NCBI GenBank assembly: GCA_958009085.1
Contig: OY253671.1
Location: 1 to 64,000, forward strand
From: Protoeuglena noctilucae
Lineage: Eukaryota
Reading direction: 5' to 3'
DNA length: 64,000 nucleotides
Position numbers and translations under genes: made by a program
Part shown: positions 25,818 to 44,800 of the stretch, piece after piece
Position numbering within the stretch: the stretch's first letter is position 1
Layout: every line of letters begins with the position of its first letter
Notes under the pieces: model-generated
Told to the model about the DNA's origin: nothing
Seen by the model: the letters and a program-made list of their open reading frames with translations, nothing else
Database searches by the model: none

Positions 25818-27195
25818 ATGGCGTCCCTCTCCGCGGTGCGACCGGCAGGGCCGGTCCGGGCCAGGTGTGAGCCCGCGCAGTGCCCGCCCTCCTCGACGCG
25901 GCTCATATACGCACTTGGATTAGCATGATTAGGCCGCGGAGCATCGATATGGCCTCATCGGATCGACGAGCGGGCTCGGCGAGGGAGTTGTCGTGCGCGT
26001 CGCCATCCGCTCCCCCGCCCGCAGGGTCGCGCCGTCCCCGTCCGCGCTGAGGCCCTGCGTGGCGTCGCAAAGAAGCGCCGTCCGTTCCCGCATCATTTCC
26101 CATGCCGCGGCCGGCGCCAGCGAGAACCCGTACCAGGCGCGGCGCGTGCATCTTAGCGTCGCGCCCGCCGCCGCCCTTGTCGAGCGATACGCCCGGCGCT
26201 GAGGCCGCTGCCTTTAACTGCCGATTTTGCATGACTGGAGACGCGCGCATCGCCCCCGCCCGCAGGTCCTGGGCCTTCCCGACGGCGCCGACTTTGACGC
26301 CGTCAACCGCGTCTACCGCAAGCTGATGTACGACGCCAAGCGCGCCAACGACAAGGATCGGATGGAGGCGATCGAGGCGGCGCACTCGGTGCTGATGACG
26401 CGCTTCATGATGCAGCGCATCCAGTCCGGCGCCAACCGATCCGTGGCCCAAGCGGACACGGCCCCCCTTCTGCCCTGGCGCCCCCGCCTGCTCCTCTGGG
26501 CGTATCGCTGGATGGCCCTCTCCCTCGCCGTCGGGTCCCTCCCGGTCCTCTGGGCCCTGGCGTCCCCCCACTCGGGCCCCCAGCCCATCCAGCTCACCTT
26601 CTTTGCCTACCTCATCCTCAACGGCATGAAGCTCTGGCAGTGGAGCCCGCCGCCTCAGAACAAGTGAGGGAACGAGCGAGATGCTGAGTGACGTCGCACA
26701 CGCTGCGACAGTCACACCCATGCCTCAGCCGCACCAACCCCGCTCTCTTTCACGCACCGCTTAGCTGATCTGCGCTTGCACTGGCCCACCTCTCCACCAC
26801 CCCACTGCTCCCGCGCAGCCCATCTATGCTCCCGATACTACCCATCTCCCCACTCTCACCGCCCCCTCCACCACTCCCCCGCAGCCCCACGTACGCTCCC
26901 ACTCCCCATCTCCCACTCTCATCTATCCCCCACTCTTACGTCCCCCCCCCCCCCCCCCCCCCCCCCCAGCCCCGCCGAGAGTCAGAAGGCCGTGGTGTCG
27001 ATCCTCCTCCGCGCCGCCGGCCTCACCCTGGGCTCCGTCTGCCTGGGGGTGTTTCTGGCGTGGTCACTCCCAGACATGGCGATGGGGGCGATGGTCAAGG
27101 GCGCACTCCCCGCGTGGTTCTACGAGTCTCAGTGGGTCATCATGACGGCGGGGGCGTCGGCGGTGGCGTGCCTGTTCAACTGCCTCTTCCGCTGA
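25818..27195 (+). CDS. CPP1-like (DUF3353) J-like-domain plastid membrane protein
   Basis: Transit-like MASLSAVRP...; [25 protein letters not shown]...IEAAHSVLM (J-like domain lacking HPD), followed by several hydrophobic helices; 4 exons; TGA at 27193-27195. Confidence 0.75.
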
Positions 27196-27622
27196 TATAT
27201 AGGTCATGACGGTCACTCGGCGGTGGCGTGCCTCTTAAACTGCCTCTTCCGCTGAGAGGGTGTTGGTTATGATGGTCACTCGGCCGTGGCTTAGCTTTCA
27301 CTGCGTCTTCCGCTTACGTGCTAGCCATGCCGGACATGACCACCAGCTATGACAGTCACGGGCATGTGCGTGTGTGTGCACTCTTTTCAAAGAGGGGAGG
27401 GGCACGGGAGCACGGGAGCACACGGCAGGTGGCGTTAACAAGTCAGGGCGATGAGCCAGCGACACCCAACCAGCAAGAGCGAGTGCGCGCGTGCTGAGAG
27501 CAAGGGGTGGCTATCGTGGGTAGTCTGCAAGTCTGCATTCCACCCCCCTGTTTCATGTCCCCCTCCCTAGACTGCCAGTCTCTTTAAAGGAGAGCCAATC
27601 AGGGTGCCAGTCAGGGTGCCAG

Positions 27623-30600
27623 TCAGGGTGCCAGTCTGCCCCTCCACACCGCCTTGAGGTCCTCGCTGGCCTCGATGGACGGCTCCTCGTCCTCATCCTG
27701 ACCCAGCACCTTGAAGTACAACTGAGAGTTCCTGCGACAATTGTGACGGGGGGTGGGGGTGCTCACGGGGGGTAGCGATGTGGGAATGGGGGGGTGCAGT
27801 GGGTTTGTGATGTGGGTTTGATGAGACGGCGAAGGCGCGGGTGCGGTGATGCTGAGAGTGGGAATGGCTGTGGTACAGTCGCATGAGAGAGGGCAGAGAT
27901 GCCAGACATTAGCGCCCCATTGCCAACTGGAATGCGATGTCGCAGTGCCGCAGCGCCATGGCAACGCAAGACGGCAACGACTGCTCTCATCGCACATATA
28001 CACACACACATACGCAATCCCACCCCATTCCCTCCCTCGCCTCCCCGGGTTGATCTTGGCCCTCCGGGGCTCCGGCAGTTTGTTAGATAAATGCGCGATG
28101 CCCGCGTGCTGGAAGCCCCTCTGCATGAACCAGTCGGCGGTGCGTGTCGTGAGCAGCACCAGCTCCCGTATGCCCAGGTCCCTGGCTTGCTGTTCCAGGT
28201 ACTCCAGCAATGCGTCCCCGCGGCCGCCGCCCCTGGGGGAGTTTAGGGGAAGGGAGGGAGGTGAGTGCATTTGGATTGCATGGCATTGCATGGGACTGCC
28301 ATGGGTGGGGGGAAAGACCATAGGGAGGTGAGTGCACTGCGTTGCGATGCATGTGCATGGGACTGCGAGGGGTGGGGTTGGGGTGCCAGGCACACGCACG
28401 TGCAGATGGGGAGCATCCGAACAGCGCAGGATGGAGGGTGACTGAGTGACGCATGACGCATGCCTGGAGAGCTGAGTGCGCTCCCACACATTCACAAACC
28501 CCCTTCTCTCCCATTCACCTGTACTTGGAGTCCACCAGTCTGCCCCCATCTACTCTCACACACATACAATGCTCTCACATACATACATACACACCATGCC
28601 CTCACCTGTACTTGGAGTCCACCACGAACGCCCCCACCTCCGCCATTCCCGAGGGCCCCCCGTCGCTGTCAGGCAGCGGCACCAGAAACGCGCACGCCAG
28701 CACGCGCGCGTCCCTCTCAATCACGTAGTAAAAGGCCAAATCACGCGATATGTCGTCCAGCGATCTGGGTGCGAGGATTCCCGCTTCTACCAGAGGGTGC
28801 AGCAGAGCGTCGATGGATTGCAAATCGTCCGGTCGCGCATGCCGGCAACCCTCGTAAAAGTCCCGGGAGACCATCGTGCCCACGCCGTCGCGGGTGTAGA
28901 GCTCTAACAGAAGGCCGCCCCTGCGAGGGGTGTGTGGGTGGGGGTTATATGAGCGGAGGGAGGGAGTGAGGGGGGTGGGGATGAGCAGGGGTGTCAAGTT
29001 AAGAGGGACGCGAGTGTGAGGGTGAGGGTGTCAAGCAAACACGAACATCATAAACATTCCTTTCTCGTAGGAACGTCCCTCGATGCACACGTGTACATGT
29101 GCTTGCCATGACCATTCCACCACCACCCCGTACCCCCTCGCCTGTCGCGAATGTCCACCAGGCTATCTGTGCATGTGTGTACATGTCTGTGCCCTCTCCA
29201 CCACCACCCCATACCCCACCCCCCCTCGCCTGTCGCGTATGTCCACCAGGTGCGCCCGCTTGACCCCCGCCCTCAGCGCCGCCACCGCGCACGACAGCTC
29301 CCACGGCGCCCCCTCCACGAACCAACTGTCCAGATCCACAGGGACGTCCGCGGGCGACGCGGGGAGGGGCTTGCCGGGGCGGGAGGGGCCGCGTGCCAGG
29401 ATGCGGTTGAAGGCGAACTGGCGGATGAGGTCCTCGGCGTCCTGGAGCCTGCGACGGGTGAATGGGTGGGGAGGGGTAAGTGAAAGTAGGGTAAGCAAGA
29501 GATGTGAAAACAAGGGATAGAGTGAGCACGGGATGGGCAAGTATGAGGTCCTCGGCGTCCTGGAGCCTGCGATGGGTAAGGGAGGAGTGGGGTGGGGTGG
29601 GGTTGGAAGTGTGAGGGACGAGCTGAGGGAGGTGTTAAGTGAGGCAACATTGTGAAGGCTTCCTGTCGCCTCGCCTGAGCAATCTGGGAAGTTCTTATCA
29701 GCAGCTCATGCATCTAATCACCTGAGCCACTTGGGCAGCTCCAGCTGCTCGATGTCGTTGAGGGTGTGGAAGATGATCTTGTCAGCCTGGAGCGCGGTGG
29801 CCGTGGCAGTGGCCACCTCGTAGATGTTGCAGTTGAGGACGTGGCCACCCGCGGACGCACCCAGATTGCTGACCAGCACGATATGGTCTCTCTCCAACAG
29901 CGCTTGTATGTCATCGGCCGCCACCAAGCGCACCTCGCCCGTCTGACCGAAGTCCACCCCGTCCACCACCCCCCTCCTTTTGGCCACCACGAAGTTGCCA
30001 GACGAGACGCTCGCGACGGGGCGGAAGTGGAACGCCTGCATGGTGCGCTGGTGGCGCCGCACCATCGCCACGCTCGGTCCCTTGGACAGTCGCGCCTCCG
30101 CCAGCGCCCGCACCACCCCCGCCGCCTCCATCGATGCGACCAGCGACGCGGGGCACGTGATGCGGTATTCCCCGTGGAAGCTGGACGACACGCCTCGGGC
30201 AGCCAGGCGCTGCTGCAGCTGCGGGAAGCACCCCAGCACCAGCACCACCCGCACGCGCAGGGAGTGCAGGAGGGAGAGGTTGTCGAGCACCTGTTCCACG
30301 ATCGCAGGATCCTCGAAGGCCTCGCCTGTATAATAAGGGGGTTTGAGGGGGAGGGTGAGGGTGTGTGTGTCATGAAGGGGACACATGGTACAGGCAAACA
30401 GGAGGTGGAGAGGGGCAGAGAGGGACAGGGGGGGCACAGGGCATGCTGCGGGTGTGTCAGAACCACATGTTGCTAGCTACCCATGCAGTACATACAACTC
30501 TTATGCACTACAACATCCCAACACATGCCCCACCCCACCCCCTCCCCCTCACCCGGCACGACCACCACGAACGTCTTGCCCCGGTGGCCGGCGATGTAGG

Positions 30601-31159
30601 GCGACGCTTGCATGAAGAATTTGACGAAGCTGTGCGACTCGGGAGACGCCTCTCGACGACCGGACGCTGCCCCTCCCGTGCCCGCATTCCCCTCTGCACC
30701 GGGCCCGGGTTCATACGTCTCCACTCTCTTCATCACGCGGTCGTTCCAGCTGTGAAGGTAGCCAGAGGACACGCTGGGTCCCAGGCCATTCGCGCCGCCG
30801 TTGCCTTTGACAGGAGTGGGGGACGCGGAGGGGCTGGGCTGCTCTGCGGGCAAAACAGGGGGGCCGGCGTGCGGGGAGGCGCGTCGCGGGGGAGGAGAGT
30901 CGCCGCGTTGGAATCTTGCAAATGTAAATATGCGCAAACGCACCTCTCTCCGACCCCGCGTCCGCTCCGCCGGCGGCCGAGGGAGCCCGGAGGCGCGGGC
31001 GGGTCACCCCGGCATCCCGACCCCGCCGCGCGTCAGGACCGCCCGAAGCATACGCACGCGGATGGAGAAAAATACCGGCTTTGACCCGCGCCGGTGTCGG
31101 GCTGCGTGCGGCGGGGGCGGCGACGCGATGGGCGCACGGTGTGCGGGACGCCCCTTCAT
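27623..31159 (-). CDS. argA: Amino-acid N-acetyltransferase (N-acetylglutamate synthase; AAK + GNAT domains)
   Basis: FVKFFMQASPYIAGHRGKTFVVVVPGE, GVVDGVDFGQTGEVR, GVKRAHLVD..GGLLLELYTRDGVGTM, LLTTRTADWF, RNSQLY. The 5' exon and start are uncertain. Confidence 0.93.
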
Positions 31160-31799
31160 GCACGTGCGCGCCGATCGTGGGCCGCGACGCCGCTCGGAGC
31201 ACGCCAGCGGGCGATTGTGATACAACACGTTCGTGGAGTATGCGACAGGCCGCGGCGAGGGGCGCGCGCGGCCCCCCGGGCGGTGCGAGCGCGTCACCTC
31301 CCACTGTGGCGCAGAAGGGGCCCACGAGGACCGGGAAGGACGCCTGAGGCCCCGGCCATACCCAAACCGACAAACGTGCAGCTGCGGCGCCCGGCACGCT
31401 GATATTCTTACTATTTCTCCCGAGGTGGCAAGCGCAGGGCTGCGCTCTCGATATCTCGGGATCCGTGGGGCGAACTAGAGCAGGATGCCGTTACCACTGC
31501 AGAAAAGCGACACTCAGGTGAGGAATGGTTGTGTTGACAGATGCGGGGAACGGGTTTGCGGGGAGAAAACCTGCCAGCTCCTGGCGACTTGGACCTTCCT
31601 CGCTGCCACGCAAATAAAGCGTTGGCCACGCCGTCGATGCAGACGCCATGCTCCCGTTTCCGATCGATCGCCTGCATCTGTCTGCGCCTGCAGCGCCGCA
31701 TCCCTGCGCGGCACTGGTGTGCCCAAGTGTGTGCTCGAGTGCTTGCTGGGAGTACAGCAGATCCAAAACCTTTCAGAGCCAATCCCGTCCTCCGCCGCA

Positions 31800-32850
31800 A
31801 TGGACGCCGATTCCGGGGTGAAAGCGCTCATCGCGTCGCCCGCGGCGGAGACGCAGGTGGTGCAGCGTTTCGCAGCGTGAAGATTAAACGCGCGACCCTC
31901 CTCCGCATCACAGCCGCCCCGGCCGCAACCGCAGGACGTGCATTTCATGCCGTGCACCATCCAGCACAATGGACCTGCCCGCGTTAGCACTTTCTTCGTC
32001 CCGAGGCCGGACCCGGAGAACGCCGACGTCCAGGTGCTTTCACGGGCTCATCCCTGCTTCTCCGAACCCCTGCATTGTAGCGCAGTTTTACTGTTATCAG
32101 TAACTGCGCATCGGATGCTCTCATCGCATCTGACGTCGCCGCACGAGGGATTCCCCGGCTCGCTCCACGCTGCGCACGTCACGCTGCCCCCCCGACGCCG
32201 CCGCCCTCCCCCGCGCCCAGGAGGCCCACTTCCGCGGCCGATTGCTGAAGGGGAACCGCGTCGAGTGCCCTCCCGGCACCGTCGGCCTCGTCCTCAAGGT
32301 GATGAGCCATCCAGAGTGTGCGCCAATCGACACTAGCGCAAGTGCATGCAACGCTCTCCTCCTCAGGTCCCTGCATGCCTCCATCGTGTTACCCAGTCAG
32401 TGCACAGTCGACCCATCTCTCTCCCCACTCACTGCCCCAGTTAACCCCCCAGCCGCTTCGCTTCGCATCTGCAGAGTGATGCACCAAACCCCGAAAGCCG
32501 CACCCTCCGCGCCACAGCTACCTTCCGCTCCTTCACCCAATGGGGCCACGACAACGCACCGGGACCCTCGGACCGACTGCCCAAGTGCTTGGCCTGGGCG
32601 GCAGTGGCGGACAAGGTGACGGGTGATGGGGCGATGGTCGCAACGCGCTCGGCTAAGCATCGAGGCATTCAGCAGCCTGCTGCACTGTGCAGTGTTACAT
32701 GTATCTCTGTATATATTTATATCTCTCTCGACCTTCCCAATCTCACATTGCTCATCTCCCATCGACCCATCGCAGCTTCACGCGCCCGTGGATCCGAGCG
32801 CGGTGGACGCGGCATTGCAGGCAGCCAAGGGGGCGGCGGGGGCGCATTGA
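31800..32850 (+). CDS. RNASEH2C: Ribonuclease H2 subunit C
   Basis: VHFMPCTIQHNGPARVSTFF, EAHFRGRLLKG, FRSFTQWGHD, WAAVADKLHAPV; five exons splice in frame. Confidence 0.88.
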
Positions 32851-33041
32851 ACGCCACTTTGTTGCATAGCTCCTATCCATCTTTTTCGCGAGCAAACGAT
32901 TCAAATTCCCGAGTCTGTCTATGGACACAAACGAACGCTGCGGTGTTATCAGGCCCCACTCGCACGCTGCGGTTGCGATGGACAACCCGCCTCCTGCTTG
33001 CAACACCGGTCCGCATGCCAACCCCATGCAACAACCATCCA

Positions 33042-40025
<6,984 letters not shown>

Positions 40026-41806
40026 TGCGGCGGGGATGGGAGGAGGCTGCTTTACACTAAGCCAGGGTGGCCCCCTGCAGCGCCTGCCCGGCAGCCCGGG
40101 AGGTCTCCGGAACGCGAATAGAGAAGCGAAACGGTCATTTGCTGAATGTATAGGATAAATATCAGCGCAGAGAGCATCGAGAATGGCGGCAACCGGCCTC
40201 CCGGACGCGCGCGTCCTGCCCAAGCGCGTCGCACCCGCTGCTGCAGGACGCCCCCGGCGCGGCGACCCTTGTGGCGCGCGTGCCACGACAGGACCTTGAA
40301 CGCCACGAGAATTTCTGCGTGAAAGGAGCCGCGGGTCGCGTCGCGCGCGCGAGCGCCGCCGGTCGCACACCGGGGCTGGGCGTGGCAGACACCCTGGGCA
40401 AGGCTGGGCATCCCACGCGCCGGGATCGCATGCGCTCGTCGCACCCGGCGCTTTAAACATGCCGATTGCCGCGCGACGAGTCATTCCCTCTCGCAACGGC
40501 ATCGCGCCCGGGCAGCTCTGACCGCGCGCCCCTCACCAGTCGGGGGCTTCTCGCCCCGAAAAATGACGTGCTCGCACATGTGTCCGGGCGACCTCGGACC
40601 CGACGCTCGCAGCGCTCCCCTCACTCCGTCGAACCCGACTCCCCACGCCGCGGCATTGCCTCGATGTCACTCTGGGGGAGCGCTGGCCGGACTATATCGA
40701 TCCAGTGCCGCGGTCGCGGACTATTGAATTCACATGGGTCGCAGATACGCGCGCAGCGGATCCCGCGGGGGCGTCAGCGGGGTGCACTCGTGGCACGGCG
40801 CCGCCCTCACTCGTCACGAGCCCGGCCGCCGTCGCGGAGGGTCCCTTCGCGCGCAAACGCCTTCGACCAAAGTGCGCAAGGAACAGACAGAGGGTACGGA
40901 ATCGAGAATCGCGCGCGCGGTGCCCGGGGCACGCAGGGGGCGGAAACGCACTGTTCAGCGCGACGAATCGTGCCTCGCCAGTCACTCTGCTACGCGTCGT
41001 ATCCGAATCGAGAATACAAGCACGGGTATCATGCTATCGGCGAGTCGGGGCGCTCCTATGCGCCCACGCAGCGTTGGCTGGCGCTGGGCTGGCAACGCGG
41101 GCGTCTTTCACGGGCCCCGCGTTTCGCTCTGGGCTTGTGAGCTTGTTGAAGAAACTCGCTTGCAATCACAGCTGCTGAACCCCGCTGCTAGCGGTTTATG
41201 GGCGACAACCAAGGGACTGCGTTTCGTCCCTTCCAGTGTCACTCCGTTGCTTTCCCGCGTGACTGGCAGTCCCTCTTGATACAAGGGATCTAACGTGGTT
41301 TGCAGCAATGCAGAGCAGCCACGTGGCTGGCCCCCGCGCGCTGCTCTGCGGAGTCGCGCACGGGCCCGGCAGGGCGAGCGCCCATGCGCGCCCTGCGCCG
41401 TCTCCCCGGCCACGCGACGGATCGATGAGTCGTGGGCTATCCACTCTTCTCCGCCGTCACCGAAACGCGGCGTCGCAGGCTGTGGCAGGCGAGCGACGCG
41501 CGCCGCTGCGACATCCACTTGCTGCGTCCGCCCAGGGCCACGCCGCGCGCGCCTGCCCCGTCGGCGCAATGTTGCATTCGTAGACTTCCAATCGCGAGCA
41601 AAGACGCTCTCGCATATCGCGTCACGACGGCGCCGGCGACCCCTCTTTTGGTGTCACTCACGCAGGCGACGCCGTCGCGGGGAGCCCAGCGGAAGACCAA
41701 ATCGACCCTCTCGGGTGCGTATTGGCTAATATTCCATCGTACTTACCTATCCCCGCACCTCCCCGGCCTCCCCCCGCATCGCCAGCCGCGCGCCTGCTTT
41801 CCGCAG

Positions 41807-44800
41807 TGGCATTCTCCGCTCTCTCCGCTCCCGCAGCGTCGCTCCCGGCTCCATCTACGGCATTCCCCGCGAGGAGTGGCTCGCTCTGCAGACTCCCGCT
41901 CGGTACCTGGGCAACGAGCACGGCTCCATCCACAAGTCCTTCGACGACGCAAGGGTGCGCTTCGTCATGACCTACCCGGGTGAGATGTGCGGGTGGGTGG
42001 GTGTGGGTAGCAGTGTGGATGTGGGTAGTGTGGGTGTGGGTGTCTCTCTGTGCGTATCGCCTTTCAGCCCTGTCGGCCCCATCTCAGTTCACCCCCACCC
42101 CTGCCCCTCATCTAGTCACCCCCGCCTGTCCGCAGAGATCTACGAGGTCGGCGCATCAAATCTGGGCCACGTCCTCCTCTACACGTGCCTCAACCGCGAG
42201 GAGGGGGTCATGTGCGACAGGGCGTACTTCCCGGGACCCGACATGGGTACGTGGGGGTGGGGAAATGGGTGCATTCATGGCATTATCTAACCCTGTAGCC
42301 TGTCGCGGCCTTCCCACCCCCTTCTGCACTCTGCCAACCGCACCCCTCAACCCCTCCCTCCGTCTCGGACTCCCTCACTCTCTCACCTCTTCCCCTGCAG
42401 TGGAGATGCTCGCTCGCCACGACCGCCCCCCGCTCATCACCATCACCCCCACTCTCCCTCTCACCTGCAGTGGAGATGCTCGCTCGCCATGACCGCCCCC
42501 TCTTTGCCGTCGAGTCCCGCCGCCCCCTCCGCGACTTCGATGCTTTGGGATTCTCTCTGGCATACGAGCTGGGGGGCACGAATGTGCTGGAGATGCTGAG
42601 GCTGTCGGGTGAGATAGTGATGATTAAGGATGGATGGTAACAGAGTGTTTGATGATGATAACAGCAGCCATCCAGTCTTCTATCCCTTTCTATTCAAATT
42701 TAAACCCATCCATGCCTATCTCACTATCTCTCTCTCCCCCTCTCATATCCCAGGCATCCCCATCACGCGCCAGGAGCGCATGGGCAGCGACAGGGCGGGG
42801 GCGTGGGAGGTGGGGGGTGGGTCGTGGCCGCTCGTCTTCGCGGGGGGGCCCACCGCCACCTCCAACCCAGAGCCGTTCAGGTGACAGAGGGAGGAATGTG
42901 AATAGTCACTGCGATGGGGTAGCAGCAATGCTGTGAATGATAAATATGAGAGGGGGAGGTGACGCGTCGCCCTCTGCACCCACGCCATGCACCCTCACAC
43001 CGCATCCCACCCCATCTGAGTCCAACATCTCCATATATACAACTCCATTTCACTCTCTTCACCTCTACCCCACCCCCCAACCCCCAGTGATTTCTTCGAC
43101 TTTTTCTGCATCGGCGACGGGGAGGACGCCCTGCCCGAGGTGTCCCGGTGCCTGGCGCGGTGCAGGGATTCGAATTTGAATCGGGAAGAGACCCTTTTCA
43201 AATTGGCCACGGAGGTGCGGGGGGTGTACGTGCCCGCTTTCTACGAGGGCATCCCCGGGTACGGGGGGGCGGTGTTTCCTACGCGCGAGGGCGTGCCAGA
43301 ACGCGTCGTCAGGAGGGTGGCCACGCCGGACCCATTCATGCAGGCGAGGGGGGATGGGGATGTGCGTGTGTGGGTGTGTGTGTGTGGGTGGGTGTGGGTG
43401 GGGTGTAACTCTGGCTTATTATCACTGCAGGCAAACGGACAGTCCCTAGTTGTAGTCACCACAAAGTGACTCAGTTAGACGACTAATACTGACACTTCTC
43501 AGTAACTGATCGTTTTCAATATGCTACTATTATGTGACTTACTTGCCCTCCCCCTCCCCCCCCAGGTGGGCCTGGTCCCGTTCGTGAGCACGGTGCATGA
43601 CCGCATGAGCATCGAGATTCGCAGGGGGTGCACGCGGGGGTGCAGGTTCTGGTGAGAGTGAAATGGGATGCGGATGCAGCGAGGGAGACGCTCGATAGTC
43701 TAATCATAGTAGCAGTAGTTGTTTGTTAATGCTTGGTCAATGCTGCCAGCAAGGATGCTCACTCTCCTTTCATCCACACAGTCTAGTAGTCACCATTACT
43801 TTCCTAACCAGCCACAACTTCTCTCCTCACCAATTACAACCCCTCTTCCCCCACCCACCCACAGCCAGCCCGGCATGCTCACGCGCCCCGCCCGTGACGT
43901 CGACCCCGACGATGTGGTGACTGCGGTGGAGGAGGGCATCCGTAAAACGGGGTACAACGAGTTCTCGCTTCTGTCGCTGTCGTGCTCCGACTACCTCTCC
44001 CTGCCATCCGTGGGCATTCAGATCAAGGTGAGGGTGGGAGTGGTGGGGTGGCAGTGGGGGTGGCAGTGGGGGTGGCAGCGAGAGTGCGATTGATACTAGT
44101 AATAGCCACACCCACACCCCCACCCACACCCACACTCCCCCCCCTTCCCCATCCCAGAATCGCCTGAAGGACGCCAACGTGGGCCTGTCGTTGCCCAGTC
44201 AGCGCGTGGATCGCTTCGACGAGACAATTTCGAATATGCTCACGACGGGGGGTGGCAAGAAGGGGGGACTCACCTTTGCGCCGGAAGCGGGGACGCAGCG
44301 GCTGAGGGACATCATCAACAAGGGGCTCACCAACGAGGAGCTGCTGAGGTGAGACGATGTTAGATAATGATAGTAATAATGGTAATAATATAGATTAGAC
44401 ATCATCAACAAGGGGCTGACCAACGAGGAGCCGCTGAGGTGATGAGGGGATGATGTGTTGCATATATATTGCTCTGTATATATGATGTGATCTGTATATA
44501 AGGTGTCATAACGTCTTCTATTCTGTTTTCTCTGCAGGGGCGTGCGCACGGCGTGGGACCAGGGGTGGCGGCAGGTGAGGGGCGGGGATGTGATGGGATG
44601 GCGGCTGCTATCGCATGTTATGGCCAGCCTCTGTTTTCATATCACTAACACTAAGCATCCAACCCCCCCTCTTCCCCCCCGGCATGTCAAGCTCTACTTC
44701 ATGATCGGCCTCCCCGGTGAAACGGACGCGGATGTGCTGGGCATCGCAGAGACGGTCGCGTGGCTGCAGAGGGAGTGCAGGAGGGGGAGGCAGCATCTTG

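Noticed and set aside
22493..31159. Possible plastid metabolic gene cluster (E2, ilvD, CPP1-like, argA)
   Set aside because: The genes belong to different pathways, and adjacency of plastid-targeted genes is unremarkable in a compact algal genome.
40460..41800. Several 100-220 aa ORFs in the UBP22 / radical SAM interval
   Set aside because: They are Arg/Ala-rich, expected by chance at this GC content and have no motifs. The region is more likely a bidirectional promoter plus unresolved 5' exons.
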